Notes: generated from the sequence alone by a model not told the origin. A stretch of DNA of 64,000 nucleotides from the human T2T-CHM13v2.0 reference genome, Homo sapiens (GCF_009914755.1 NC_060944.1); one strand, 5' to 3'; shown: positions 40,929-54,632, counted from the stretch's first letter. Made by a program: numbers and translations.

Positions 40929-41410
40929 GAGTGTTTGTTGAGCACTTACTTTGTTCTTGGTATCAAGGGATACAGTCGTGAGCAAAGACAGATGTGGTCC
41001 CTGCTCTCTTGGAGGCCACATTCCAGGCTTTGTTTAAGTAAACAAATGAACAAAAAGAATGTCAGAAAATGAAAGTGTTAAGAAGAAAATAAATGAGCTT
41101 GAGAGGCTAGGTTGTGAGGGGGTGGGAGTGCTGGTTGAGAAGGCCACCCCAGGCGGGGATGTTGGAGCCCAAATGACAAGAAGGAGTTAGCCAGGGAAGC
41201 TGAGACACAGCCTTCCAGGTAGAGGAGTGGCCAGTGCCAAGGCCCTGAGGCAGGAATGAGTTCGGTGGTTTCAAGGAACAGAATGGATGCTGGAGTGAGC
41301 TGACCCAGGGGTAGAGAAGACGGTGGAGAGGTGGGAAATGCAGGCAGGGGCCAAATCCTGTGGAATCCAGGGAGCCTGGTGAGGAGTTTGGACTTTATTT
41401 TAAGTCATTA
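40929..41410 (-). mobile_element. L2 fragment
   Basis: tttgttgagcacttact..aatgacaagaaggagttagcca..gccaaggccctgaggcaggaatgag..gaggagtttggactttatt. Confidence 0.85.
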
Positions 41411-42029
41411 GAGCAGAGAAGACTCCAGGGCTTTCTCTCTAGCAACAACCCTGCCACTCACTAAGGCTCCCAAGCTGGTTGACCAGAAGGATGGACTCAA
41501 GGAGGGTAGCCCTGGGAGGGCCACAAGGGTCAGAAGCCCTTGGTGGCCTCACCTCTGTGACCTCTCAACTGATTTGGGTTGTGCAGGGGCTGTCAGGGCT
41601 GAGCCTCCCCAAGCACTCAGTTGTCCGGTGCTGCGGCCGCTGGGCTCTGTCCACAGCTTGAATGAATGGCTGGTGGATCTAGTGACGTCATTTGTTTATG
41701 CTCCATCTGTACAGAAAGTTTGTACTTCATTAAATTTATGTATGCCTTAGATTTTCCAATGGGAGAAGAGTTCTTCTTTTCCCACCTGCCCCAAGCCAGC
41801 TATAGAACTCTGCAGCTTCAAGAAATGGTGAATTGATTCATTTGCTTCTAAGAGATTGTTTTGCTTCTCCTCTGCGGGGGAGTCAGGCCTGGAGGACACA
41901 AGAAGGAAGGAAGAGGTCATCATTTCTGCCTGTAAGGCACTCGCAGTGGAGCAGATAATATTAGCATAAACCGAAAAGTTAAAAATAAAGGAGAGCAGAT
42001 TGTGTCGTCCACAAAAATCTGCGTGCCTG

Positions 42030-42158
42030 TACTGTGGAATATTCCTTCCAGAAGTGGTTGATAGAGGCTGAACAGAAGAGGGCTTGTGGCCAGATGAGCT
42101 GGATTAATCAAAGTTTGAAAGCTGCCTGTCCTGCAGGACTTGTCAGAGCTTTGACACT
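42030..42158 (+). mobile_element. MER103C-like fragment
   Basis: ggattaatcaaagttt..ctgcaggacttgtcagagcttt. Confidence 0.55.
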
Positions 42159-42159
42159 G

Positions 42160-42617
42160 CCCATGCTCCACTCATGTCTCAAGTCCCTTTAGCACTTCCA
42201 TGTCTGTTCCCGGGAGCTTTCACTCCCAGGCTCCAGCACCTGGGTCTCTTTGCTAAAGGCTGCTCTCATGCTTCCAGAATTGATTTCGTCTGCCAACATG
42301 ATGAGCAGGAAGTGTCTGGAAATTCACATCCCCTGCCTTGGGGCAGCTTTAACCAATTAACTAGGGAATGTGGGTGTGAGGGTATAAATACCTCAGCTCC
42401 CTTGCCCTGATGGGACTGTTTCCAGAGTCTGCCACAGTGGTGGGCCAATGCTACCCTCCATGGAACTTGGTTTGTTACAGCCTTCTTGCTCATCCCCCTT
42501 CCTCTCCCAGGCCCATTTCCCACTCCCCTTCTGGTCCCTTCCATAAGGGCTGCCTCCCAAAGCGCTCTCCCACCATTCTCATCTCAGGGCTTGCTTCTGG
42601 GGACTCAATTATAGACA
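42160..42617 (+). mobile_element. LTR16-like ERVL solo LTR
   Basis: gggcagctttaaccaat..gtataaatacctcagctccc..tctcagggcttgcttctgggga..agaca. Confidence 0.7.
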
Positions 42618-42624
42618 GTGATGC

Positions 42625-42850
42625 CTCAGGCCAAGTATTAAATGCAGCTTTAAGCAAAGTTAGACAGCTGGCTATGCTGCAGGACTTGTCAGAGCATTGA
42701 TTCTACGTATGCATGGTGGTGCTCCAAGAGGAGGTAGTAGGAGGCGGCATGGTGTGCATAGTTATCTGCCCAGAGACAGCAGTCACCCTGGAGCACCTCC
42801 AGGGAGGATCACCCCCCACATCCACACATAGAGCGTACTTCGGATACTGT
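42625..42850 (+). mobile_element. MER103C-like fragment
   Basis: ttaagcaaagttagacag..ctgcaggacttgtcagagc..ctccaagaggagg. Confidence 0.55.
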
Positions 42851-44044
42851 GCTGCATGGTGGGCTGTGGGCTGGAACTCTGGGAAAAGCCTCTATGGCCA
42901 AGGTCACAGAGAGTAAATAGAAAGTTGGCATTTGGAATTCAGATGTGGGTCTTTGGACTCCAAAGCCCACACCATCAACAACCCCACCTCCCCGGGTCTG
43001 GAGTCTGCAGCAGACACCTCCGTGGCTCCCAATGTGCCCATCACAGCCATTCTTGGGACACTGCACCTATCAGTTCACTTGTAAGCCACCAGCCTGGGAG
43101 GCATCTGGGTCTCCAGTCTTTCCATGCCCAGACCCTAGGCCAGTAGGTGCTTGCTGAGTGAGGTTGGAAGGTTTGAGGGACCAAGTACTGCCCCTGGGCT
43201 GGGCTCTGGCCGTGCCCCAGTCCACCTCTCCCCTCGGGCTGTAGGCATGGAGAAGGACCTCTTGCTGAAGCCCTCCTGCTCCTCACCCCATCCTGGACCT
43301 CCCTGGGCAGCTACTCTGAGTGTGTGTGGTGGGATGGTAGGGGGAACGGAGGATCTGGGACAAGCATCATTTCACTCCCAGTTACATTGTATTATCCAAA
43401 TTATCCGTGGTCATTGACAACAACATTGAAGGTACAGATCACAAATCAAAATCACCCGAACTCCTTGCACAGCAGCCATGCTCACGTTCTTGGCTTTTGC
43501 TACACAAATGGGCACAACATTCCAGCCCCCATTCGCTGAGGGCTGTGGCTGTGTCTCCACCACAGCCCTGAAAGAGGGATTCGGGCACCAGGAAGAGCTA
43601 AGCACTCACCCAGCTCACAAAGTTGGGGGCCAGGTTGGAAACCAGACAGTCTCACTCCGGAGGTCGACTCCCCCTGCCCAGCTTGTCCCCATGTTTATTT
43701 CAGAAAGTCTTAAACATATGTAAAAGGAGATGGAGTCGTCCGACGAGGCTCCCTGCACCAGCACCCATCTGTGACAGCCATCCATGCCTGCCATGCCGGG
43801 GTCTTCTCAGCCCACATGGTCAGGAGCCCATCCCAGACCTCACAGCATTTCTCTAGAAAATAGTTCAGTCAGTGTCTCTCAGAACGTGCACTCTGAAGAC
43901 TCTGCTATCCTGGCCCAGATAAATAAAATCTCTCTAGAAAATCTCTCTACGAGAATGTAAGCTCCATGAGAGCTGTATCCTCGAGACATAGGACAGGACA
44001 GTGCCTGGTGCAGAGGAGAGGCACAATAAATATTTTCTGAATTT

Positions 44045-44835
<791 letters not shown>

Positions 44836-44839
44836 TTGT

Positions 44840-45165
44840 ATGAAAATGAGATTCTTCTAAACCTACTGTTTCATGACTTTCTGCTTTCCCCTGACAATTT
44901 ATTATAATCACTGTTCCTTCTCAATAAATATGAGCCTCCTATGCCACCGTTTTAACTGCCTGCACAGTATTACATTGTGTGAATGTATTCTCATTTGTTT
45001 GACCTATTTTCCTTGGGACGTTTAAGTTGTTTCCAATTTTTCATTATTGTAAACAATGCCGCAGTGAATATCCCTGTTTATGGGCCCTTGGGAATGTCCA
45101 CAATGATTTCTTTAGAACCAATTCTTGGAAGCAGAAGGGCTGGGTCAAAGATTATGTGTCTTTAA
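44840..45165 (-). mobile_element. L1ME-type 3' fragment
   Basis: tttaactgcctgcacagtattacattgtgtgaatgta..ggacgtttaagttgtttccaattttt..aaacaatgccgcagtgaatatcc. Confidence 0.8.
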
Positions 45166-45664
45166 AAGATGTATTTCATATTTTAAAAAACATTTTTGAT
45201 GGATCTTCACGCTGAGTGGTAACTTTCTTCAAAAAACAGTGACCCCCATTGGATTGTTTTTACCTTGAATCCCGTTTGAGAAATAGATGCAGAAACAGAA
45301 GCTGTGGCAGAGGCGGGTGGCGAGGGTCCTGTTAGCTGATGGCTTTGCCCTGGCAGCACAGACTGGGCGGGAGCACCCTCAGCAGCGATGTCCAGCCTTG
45401 TGATGGGCACCCCTGTGATTGTTGTCTAGTGCTCACATCGCAACCCCACTCAGCTCCCTCTTGCCGCCTGGAGGGCCATCACCCACCTTTTACTTTGAAC
45501 TTTTTGGAGTCTCTGTGTTGCCAAACAGCCCCTCTGTTCTGGGTCTCCTGACTTGTGTGGTCCCTGGACTGGGGCAGGACCCAAGTCTTTCCTCTCTGGG
45601 TCAGCTGTGGGCCATATACCAAGTGGTATAATAAGACCAGGAGCTTCTGGAATTGGGCAACCTG

Positions 45665-45790
45665 GCATGGAGTCTCAACATTACCATGTACTAGCTGTGA
45701 TGCCTCAGGCAAATTACTTAACCTCTCTGAACTTCAGGGCACAATTCCCATATGCCCTAGGACTACTGGTAGGGTAGGGGAATGAGGTCC
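45665..45790 (+). mobile_element. MIR fragment
   Basis: tactagctgtgatgcctcaggcaaattacttaacctctctga. Confidence 0.75.
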
Positions 45791-46252
45791 AAGGCACTCC
45801 AGAGGCCCTTGCTGCATGGCAGAACATCTGTGGAGCTAGCTGTAGGGCTCAGCTCTGAGCGCTTTGTCTACATGTGCTCATCCTGAGGCCAAGGGAAAGC
45901 ATTTGGGGCTCTGGGGACTGGCGTCAAATCGCCCTCCCTGCCCAGAGCTGTAAACTGTGGAGCTGGGGATCCTGTCCTCCTGGTTTGTACCATAGCCCCA
46001 GTGCCTAGCAGATGCTGAATACAGAGCCAGTGTGCAAAAAGTGTCTATGGGACGAGTGAATAGATGAAAAACTGCCCAAAGCCCTGGGGACAAACCCTTC
46101 AATCTGACGGTATCTCCCTGGAGAGACACGTGAGGCCTGGCTTTGTCTCACAGTAACACTGGAAGAGAAATACAGCAAGAAGGGTCCAAGCCTGGTGGAA
46201 AAAAGGGTGATTTCTTTTTTACAAAAAGATGCCAGTTGAGACTATTGGGACA

Positions 46253-46309
<57 letters not shown>
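46253..46309. repeat. (AG)n microsatellite
   Basis: More than 20 uninterrupted AG units from 46263. Confidence 0.97.
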
Positions 46310-46314
<5 letters not shown>

Positions 46315-47454
46315 AATGAGAGAGCAGGTTTCTGGGCAGCCAGAGAATCAACACAGCCTGCAAGAGAGAATCTGTTCCTCCTGGGTTGCTAGGCAAAGGG
46401 CTATGGACAGAATCGATTGGTCTTTGGGAGCCGGCAGTGTTTATGCAGCTCGAGGCTGGAGAGGGGCAGAAATGGCCCGCAGAGGTGCCCGAGGCGTCCA
46501 TGGGATGTCTTCGTGGAGGTGGAAAGAAAAGAGAGCTGGGCAGAAATCCTGGCTCTCAGCGTGGGCCATGGGGCAAGGCACATCCCTTGCCAGTGCCTCC
46601 GTGTGCTCAGTTGCTGTGGTTACTGTTATTGGAAGGAACACATCTTCATCTGTAAAATGGGGCAGCGACCCCGGTGCCCAACGCAGGGTGCTCACAGCAC
46701 CTGACATCTTGATGCTGAGAGCTTAGTAGGCACTTTGCGGGTTTTAATTATTGCACTCCCTTCCCCCATTCCCTCCAAAAGTTATTGACTACTGTGCAAA
46801 CCCAGACCCTGGCTTTCCATAGTAGCTTTCACTAACTATGTGTGGAATGAATGAGTGAATGAATATATGAATGAATGAGTTGTACCCGTGCCAGGCAGCT
46901 GCTGGTCACCGCGTTAAGCTGGAGCATTAAACATGCATTAAAACCAAAGGCTTGGAACTCAAAGCAACTTGCACTCAAATCCCAGGTGGGTCACTTCACT
47001 GCTGTGTCTCTTCACCCCTGATACCCTCGTGTGGGAAAAGGGGAAGACACTGCCACCCCTCCCAGGCTGGGCCGAGAACTGAGATGTTTTGTAAAGTGCT
47101 TAGCCAAGTGCCCAGCACAGGGCAAATTATCAAAGGCTCAAAAACGACCATCAGCTGTGCTGTGGCTGTTGTCATTATGGGCTAAGAAGGGGCTTTGGTG
47201 GTGGTTCAGGAAATGAAGAAAGGGCTGGGCTTCTCCGGCTGTGCTATCATAGCCAGCATTCACACTTCGTGCTCATCAAGGGGCCTTTCTTCCACACCTC
47301 TGCGTGTCTGTGGTTGTGGAACTCCAGCAGCCCTCTGAAGTGGGGGGCTGCAGGGAGTACACCCATTTTACAGACGAGGACAGAGAGGCTTGCAAGGGAA
47401 GTGCTGTGCTCCAGCCTGCAATAATCACTTAGCATAGAACAACTTGTTCATTCA

Positions 47455-47605
47455 CCCGACTTGAATTGTGCTTCTACCATGCCCTGGGCTTGCATCATTC
47501 CATCCTCCCAACAGCCACTCGAGGTAGGTGCTATTATGAGCCTCATTTGTACATGAGAAACTGAGACCAAGGCCAGCACAACCAGGTGGCCTGATTCAGT
47601 GCTTC
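47455..47605 (-). mobile_element. MIR
   Basis: catcctcccaacagcc..gaggtaggtgctattat..atgagaaactgagacc. Confidence 0.7.
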
Positions 47606-47786
47606 ATGGCCAGGAGGGGCTCTCCATGTACTGTGCGGGGCTGGAGAGCAAGGTGCAACTTCCTCTCTCACTTTCCAAGGCACCCCACTGTCAGCCTGCA
47701 GCCCTCCAGACCCCCAGACCCTGCTAGTGTCCACAGGAGTCAGACAGAGATGCCAGACAGGCCCAGAGGCCTGAAGTGGAGACTCT

Positions 47787-48228
47787 AGTTGGCTGGGTAA
47801 TGGAACCCCAGTGATGTCCACAGGTAACATCTGGAGCCTGTGAATGTGTCATCTTACAGGGCAAAAGAGGCTCTCAGATGTCATCTGAATGTTGAGACAG
47901 GGATCATTTGGATGATCTGGTGGGCTCAATGCCATGACAATGTGAGGGAGGCAGGAGGTCGGAATCAGAAAAGTAGATTCTGTCAGGGTTGACACTGCCG
48001 ACTCTGAAGGTGGAGGAAGGGGCCAGCAGCTGAGGAATGCAGGGACCTCTGGAAGCTGGGAACGGCAAGGAGATGGATTCTCCCCTAGAGCGTCCCCAAG
48101 GAAAGTGGCCTTGTGGACATCTTAGTTCACGATTTCTGACTTCCGGAACTGTCAGAAAAGGAATTTGTACTGCTGTAGCCCATTGAGTTTGTGGAAATTT
48201 GTTACATCAGCAAGAGGAAACGAATACA
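47787..48228 (+). mobile_element. MLT1D-like solo LTR
   Basis: tgaaggtggaggaaggggcc..ctctggaagctggg..ggcaaggagatggattctcccctagagc..tttgtggaaatttgttaca..gaaacgaataca. Confidence 0.85.
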
Positions 48229-49687
48229 AACTCCATTTGCAAAACTAATACTATGCTGTGACACCACAGGGCACGTTTTCCACTATGCTTTCAGGGCTGC
48301 TGGAGGAGCAGTAGGCGTGAGGATACAAACTGCGGCTACCTGGGCTGAGCTGGCATCTCTGGGGCCATGGTGGAGCCACCGTCCTGATTCGAGCCCTGTC
48401 TGCTGGTTTCATGGCACCAGCCAGCAGCTAACAGCAGCAGAAACTGCCCGCAGCACCACCTTCCACCCTGTGCACTTCCAGAGTGACAAAGGCATGGCGG
48501 CTATGTGAAAAAGGAGGCAGAGAAACCAGTGAAGAGCAAGGGTCTTGCCTAGAGCTGCTCAAAGCTTCCCTTTGAAGAGCCAGGAGGACAAACGGGGCTG
48601 CTGGCTGGATGGCACTCATTAGCAGTCAGTGTGCTGAGAGGGGTGGACCGTGATGAAATGAGTGGGCCCCGGGGTGAGATGAGGGAAGATGGCACATCAG
48701 GAGATGAGCCCCTGTCCCTGCAGTCTTCTCTGTCCCCCTCACTGTACCTGCTTTTCCACCTTTGCATCCACCACAGCATTTAGCTTGCCCACTGCAAACG
48801 TCATTCTTTCTTGGGCATGTCATTGATTTTCTAGTGGGATTGGTGGTGCTTCAAACCAATTGTCTCTTTGCCCCCTGGTTAAGCAGACAGAGGACAGGCT
48901 TGGGAGCCAGGGGGACCCGCATTGTAGTCTCAGCTCTGTCTTCTAGTTTTGTGGCTTGGAGCAAGCCTCTCAGCCTCACTCTGGCAGCCGTGAGCCCTCC
49001 TTGAGGGTTACTGGGGGAGATTCGGTCTCCCGGGTCATCTGGATGCAAGCGAGGCCATGTTTACCATGGTGTCCCCAGCACCTGGCTCGTGGGAAGCACC
49101 TTCTAGATGTTTGCTGAATGAAGGAGGCACAGGGGTAGGTGCAGGTCTTAGTACAGTGCCAGGCACAAACCCAACTCCGGACCACAGTGTGGGAATGAAG
49201 AGACAGCTAAGGTCCCACCCCCTCCACCCTTCCAGCCTTCTTCCTCCTTCCAGCCTTCTTCTTCACACTGGAGAAGCTTGTTCTTGACTGCCTACATGTT
49301 GACACTTTTTAGTAGTCTTTCAAAATTGTCATCTCCGTAATAATTTTCGAAAAACATCTTTGGAAGTTGGGCCTTTGACATCCAGGAATGCCATGTAGGC
49401 GCCTTTTATATTCTGTAACCCGGGGGCATTTCTTATCTTCCCTGCCACCTGGGAAGCTTGGCAAAAACAGAGGCACTCAAGTTTGCCTCTGTTCCTGTGC
49501 GGTGCTTGGCTTTGAGAACCTGTGTTGATGCATGAATGATGGATGGATGAAGAAGGGATGGATGGATGGATGGATGGAGTCAAGATGTGTGTGATAAATG
49601 AATGAATGAATGGATAGGAGATGAAGAGTGAGCTCTGGTCTTTTCTGTAGCTCAAATGGTCTTGGAGAGGTTATGTTCCATGGCTGG

Positions 49688-49930
49688 CATTTTCTAAAGC
49701 ATATTCCGTGGATTAGCAGTTCTGCCAGACATTCACAGGTGTTATCTGAGAAATGTTAAAAAGGGACTGGGAGCGGGGGGCGGTGCTTCCTGTGGAATAA
49801 TTTGGGAAATGATGGTGTTCAACAAAGTTAAACAGGTTTCCCTCTGACAGGACTTCTCAGAGCCTTTACTATGCCAACATGCTTTGCAAATTCCCCAAAG
49901 GAGTGTAGATTCGGTCGTTTTCTCCAGTAT
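49688..49930 (+). mobile_element. MER103C-like hAT MITE
   Basis: tttgggaaatg..aacaaagttaaacaggtttc..caggacttctcagagcctttactatgc. Confidence 0.75.
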
Positions 49931-50214
49931 ATAAACTATGGGGTTCATATTTCGAGGATGGGTTCGGCAGATCAGGCTGGTGGGAAAACTCTTCCTGGGG
50001 GAGGTTGTTGTGAGGAGGAAGGAAACTTCTCCTGGCAGTGGGGTGCCCGATGGGAACAGTGCAAAGGGCTGTGCTGCCCATGCCCAGGCTGCTGGCTCAG
50101 CCCCAGGCTGGTCGGCAGCAGGTTCTGGGAAGGACAGCCTTGACTTTGTCCTGAAGCAGGCAATCTGCTTGTCAGACACACTCGGTGTCTTGCAGGAGCG
50201 AGGAGTGGTGGTGT

Positions 50215-50480
50215 TATTGTTGTTGTCAGTCAGCAATTCTCTGCTTTTATTCAGGGAGAACAAAACGACACCGCCGGCTTTTATTTTTTCAGCTTTCGCA
50301 CCCACTGGATCCATGCCACAGGCCATCGTTCTTCCCCAGAAAGTGCTTGTCGAGGGTTAATCCATAAGGTCACTTGAAAACGAAGCCATTATTCCCTTCT
50401 TAAAGGTTAATGTGTTTTTTCCGGGAGTGTGTGAGTGGAAATTTCAAGTATTCCACATTCTTCATTTAGCTGGGTAAAGT
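50215..50480. promoter_or_regulatory. Candidate conserved non-coding element
   Basis: Repeat-free, CpG-retaining; TTAATCC (50357-50363), AAGGTCA (50366-50372) and CACTTGA (50371-50377) are adjacent. Confidence 0.4.
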
Positions 50481-50728
50481 CCTGAGCTCTTCTGGAAAAA
50501 TGAGCCCATGGAAAGCAAGACTGGGAGCCTCCAGCAGGAGAAAGCAGGGCAGTGGGGGTGGCTGTGCCCCCCTGCCTCCCAGCCAGGTATGTCACGGCCT
50601 GCAGAACGGGAATCCCAGGGGGTCTCCGGGAGTTTGCCAGCCACGCTGGTCCTCTTTGCAACCTCCTCTACCTCCCCACTCCCATGTCTGTGCCCTTAGT
50701 TCGAAATGGATCAGAAGGCTGTGTCTCA

Positions 50729-51178
<450 letters not shown>

Positions 51179-51334
51179 TCAGAGATAGGGGGACTGAGTC
51201 AGGCCAGGACCCCCCAAACCCCCAAAGTGAGTCTCCCAGTGCCCTACCCAATCTGCCAGGTATGCACATCTTAGCTGGAGCTACCTCTAGATTTTCTTCA
51301 CCTTCAATTTGGGACATTCTTTTCTGTTTCAGAT

Positions 51335-51550
51335 AAGAGGTTAGCAAACTATGGCCCACTGGCCAAATCTGGCCTGCACCTACTTTAGTAAATAAAGTTT
51401 TATTGGCACCCAGCCATGCCCGTTCATTTACACATTGCCTATGTCGGCTTTTATGTTACACTGACAGACAGTTGCAACAGAGAACTTCTGGCCCACAAAA
51501 CCAGAAATATTTACTATTTGGCCTTTGAAGAACAAGTTTGCCAATTCCCA
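51335..51550 (+). mobile_element. MER58A
   Basis: gcaaactatggcccactggccaaatctggcc..gtaaataaagttttattgg..aaatatttactatttggcc..aagtttgcc. Confidence 0.9.
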
Positions 51551-51654
51551 CTTTAGATGACTATTGTATAATGCTTACTTAGCTCACGGAACTCCTTAGT
51601 AAACATCAGGTGTAATGATGATTATTATTACTATCATTATCCAAGATGGTCTTT

Positions 51655-51775
51655 GTTCATTTAGCAAATACTTACTAAGTGACTGTGCCTGCCAGGCCTG
51701 TGCTGAGCTCTGGGAATAAAACGGTAAATAAGATGAGGTCCCTGCCCTCGCAGAGCTCTGAACACTGAGATGGTA
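51655..51775 (-). mobile_element. L2 3' end
   Basis: ttcatttagcaaatacttactaag..gccaggcctgtgctgagctctggga..ggtccctgccctc. Confidence 0.75.
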
Positions 51776-52218
51776 GGGTATGCTTTCTCCTACAGATGAT
51801 CAGAGCACTCAGTCCCAGGTGTTTAGCGCTTGGGGATGTAGGTATGGGGCTGGCAGTGTGGATTTGGTACACACTAAAGAGTCAATGGGATCTCTGGCTC
51901 AGGAAACAGAGAGTCTGCTGCGGATGCTGGTACGGACTCGACAGAAATGCCTGGGCTCCAAAATAGCCAAGCACCTGGTAGAGAGAGGGTTGTGGAGGGA
52001 GGGGGTCTGGGGGGGTGGTTACAGGGAGAGATGAGGTTGACCAGTTGGCCAATGACCTGAGTCATTCATCCCAGAAGTCTGCCTGGACAAGGAGGATTTT
52101 GCATACTACCTTGAATGCCAACAGAAAGGAAGGGTGTCACCCCTACAGCCCAAGGACATACCCAAGAGAGACTCAAGCTGGAGGCTGTTGTTTTCACCCT
52201 GCTTCCATCAAATTTGTC

Positions 52219-52697
52219 TGTGGAATCGACTGCTCTTTTTCCCTTCTTCTAATTTTATAGAATGTATCTGGACACATGATCACCAGAAATAAAGAGCACA
52301 CTTCCCAACCAGCCTTGCAGCTAGACGTGCTCACATGTAGATCTGGGCCAATGTGATATGAATGGAAGTGGTCTGAGCCATTTCCAAATCATGCTGTTGA
52401 AAGGGAAGAGGCAAGCCCATTCCTTGCCCCTTTATTCTTTCCCACTTGCTGGAATGCAGATGTAATGGTCGGAACTGGAGCAGCCATTTTGTATCTTGAA
52501 TTGGAAGCCGTGTGCATGAGAAATGGAGAAATGAGGTAGAAGGGACCCGGGTCTCTGATGACGGTAGAGCTGCCCCACCGGCTCTGGACTGTGAACTTGG
52601 ACCTTTATGGGAGAGAGAGAAATGGATTTCTGTGCTGTTTCAGCCATAATTTTTTTAGGACTCTCTGTTGTAGCAGCCAAACCTATAAAATGAGACA
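52219..52697 (+). mobile_element. MLT1H/I-like solo LTR
   Basis: cttcccaaccagccttgcagctag..ctggaatgcagatgtaatgg..ggagcagccattttg..ctgttgtagcagccaaacc. Confidence 0.75.
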
Positions 52698-53239
52698 CCC
52701 CCAAGGCACTCCACATAAACATACAACCGAAATGAAAACAGTAGGGTTGCTATGCAAGTAACGCTCCATAGCCTCTTCCTCTGGGAAGTTCCGGGGCTCC
52801 ATTGCTAGTCTCTGTTTTCTCAGCCTGGTATGCAGACAGCTTTCTCTGACGAGGAGCCCTTCTCCATCTCGCCAGCTGCTGGCTTCCTCACCGCCTCTGA
52901 GTCTTCAATATACATTTCTGGATGGAGGAAGAATTGGAGGGAAGCGGGGGGGTGTGTGGCCAGCAAGGCCGATGGAGACTCCCGGTCCTCAGCAGCCCCC
53001 TGACCTTTGTCTTGGCCTCCCCCGACTGGTGGATGGGGGCAGCCTGCGAAGAGCCCAGGGTCAGCTGTGCCGAGGGCCGCTGGGAACAAAAGACTGTAAG
53101 GGATTGCAGATGGGCCTGCCACGATGTCAGAATAATAATTCATGTCCCCAGTTCATCTGGCCTCTGCCGGGCGGGGCTGCATTTCTCAGTGATCTCAGCC
53201 TTCCCCATCCCAGCCCGGTTCCCATAAGAATCACAGGAG

Positions 53240-53710
53240 TGCTGCCAATTAGAGGCCTGCCATCCGAGGCCCCTCTGAATGTAATCAGCCATAATAACTT
53301 AATAGCCTTAAGTTTGGGAGGCTTCTTTTGAAGCTCAGCGTCTTCACCCCCGGTAGCCCAACTAATCTGGAAAAGCGTCTGTCTTGCCCTTCCCACACCA
53401 ATTATCTTGTCGGTCCTGCTCTCCAGCACTCGGGAACCCGTCTCAGAGGGGCTGCCTCACTGTTTAACTGACAGGCACGGGGCATACTTCAGGCTCCCCA
53501 GCTCTCATTCCAGCCAGCATCCCAGCACAGATTCCTGAGAGAAAACGAAGTGCAAAATGCAAAAGGCTTGGCTTGAGCCACGTACAATCACACACGCCAA
53601 GAGCAATCAGAGAAAGTACCCACTGGGTGCCAAGGATCGTTTGAAAAGGAGAAGATCCATAGTCAGGGAGAGCATTTAATATGCAATACTTCATGTTGGA
53701 TTAAGTGTAC
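53240..53710. promoter_or_regulatory. Candidate conserved non-coding element
   Basis: Repeat-free; CCAATTAG (53245-53252), GTAATCAG (53281-53288), CTAATCTG (53362-53369), CCAATTAT (53398-53405), GGATTAA (53698-53704). Confidence 0.4.
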
Positions 53711-54334
53711 CACGCAGCTGAAAAAGGAGGCTATAGCTACAAAACAAATGTTCAGATGTCTTCATGGGTGACCTCCAAGTTTCCACCGGCTCCTAATCCC
53801 TCTGTCATAATTCAAGCTCGTTGGCCTGGAGTTGACGACTTGGCGGGTGGAATTCCAGGATCTATCAGCGGCTCTCTAAGGCTGCCAGTGCTTCCCTCTG
53901 TGGAGCCCAGCACACTGATATGTTTCTTTCGCAGGATGGAAGCCCATGTTTCCATTTGTCCAGGCAGAAAACCACCTCTGAGCTCATCTTCCCAAGAGCT
54001 CAATCCATGCAGGAAGGGGATCGGGGAGGGAAGCAGGAGGGTCTGTCACAGGGCAAATGCTATGAACGCCTCTACTTCGGAAAGAACGTATCCTTGGGGA
54101 ACCCAGGGCAGGGATCTTTTGAGTGATTTTGTCAGAACCAGCCTTTAGCAGTGGACTATCCATCCATCGATCTATCAGCCCACCTACTCATCTCTCCATT
54201 CTTTCCTTCATTCATTCATTCATTCAACATTCAACAACCTATCTACCCTCACCCATGCTGCAATCTTAATAGATTATTCAGAGGCATCGAAAACTTATCA
54301 TATCCTAAATAAAACTTTTGGTTTTCTCCCAGCA

Positions 54335-54632
54335 TGGTAGGCAGCCTCTAAACTGGCTCCCAGCCATGCTGGTAAGTCACGTCCTTGTGCAGTCTCCGCC
54401 CCTCCAGTGTGGGCTGGGCCTATTGACTTCCACCCACCCCAGTAGGAGATGGCGAAAATGATGGGAGGCCAGTCCTGAGATTAGGTTGCAGCAAACTCTG
54501 ACTTCTATTTTGCTCCTTCTCTGGCCCTTCTCATGTACTCACTCTGATGAAGCCAGAGAGGCCCATGTGGCAAGAAGCTGCTGTCTCTGGCCACCAGCCA
54601 GCGAGGCCCTGAGGCCTTCAGTCCAACAGCTC
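54335..54632 (+). mobile_element. MLT1E/F/G-like LTR, 5' part
   Basis: tggtaggcagcctctaa..ctgagattaggtt..cactctgatgaagccag..gagaggcccatgtggcaag..ggccttcagtccaacagc. Confidence 0.75.

Noticed and set aside
40584-41072. Low-complexity ORFs (PSFL/EGRK), and the LSIY-type ORFs at 44.0-44.5 kb and 54.5-55.7 kb
   Set aside because: Translations of simple repeats lacking stop codons in some frames.
49742-50326. 194-aa minus-strand ORF
   Set aside because: Runs through a MER103C-like element; no domain similarity or exon support.
53567-53582. Possible NFI palindrome ttggcttgagcca
   Set aside because: Half-sites are separated by 4 nt rather than the canonical 5.
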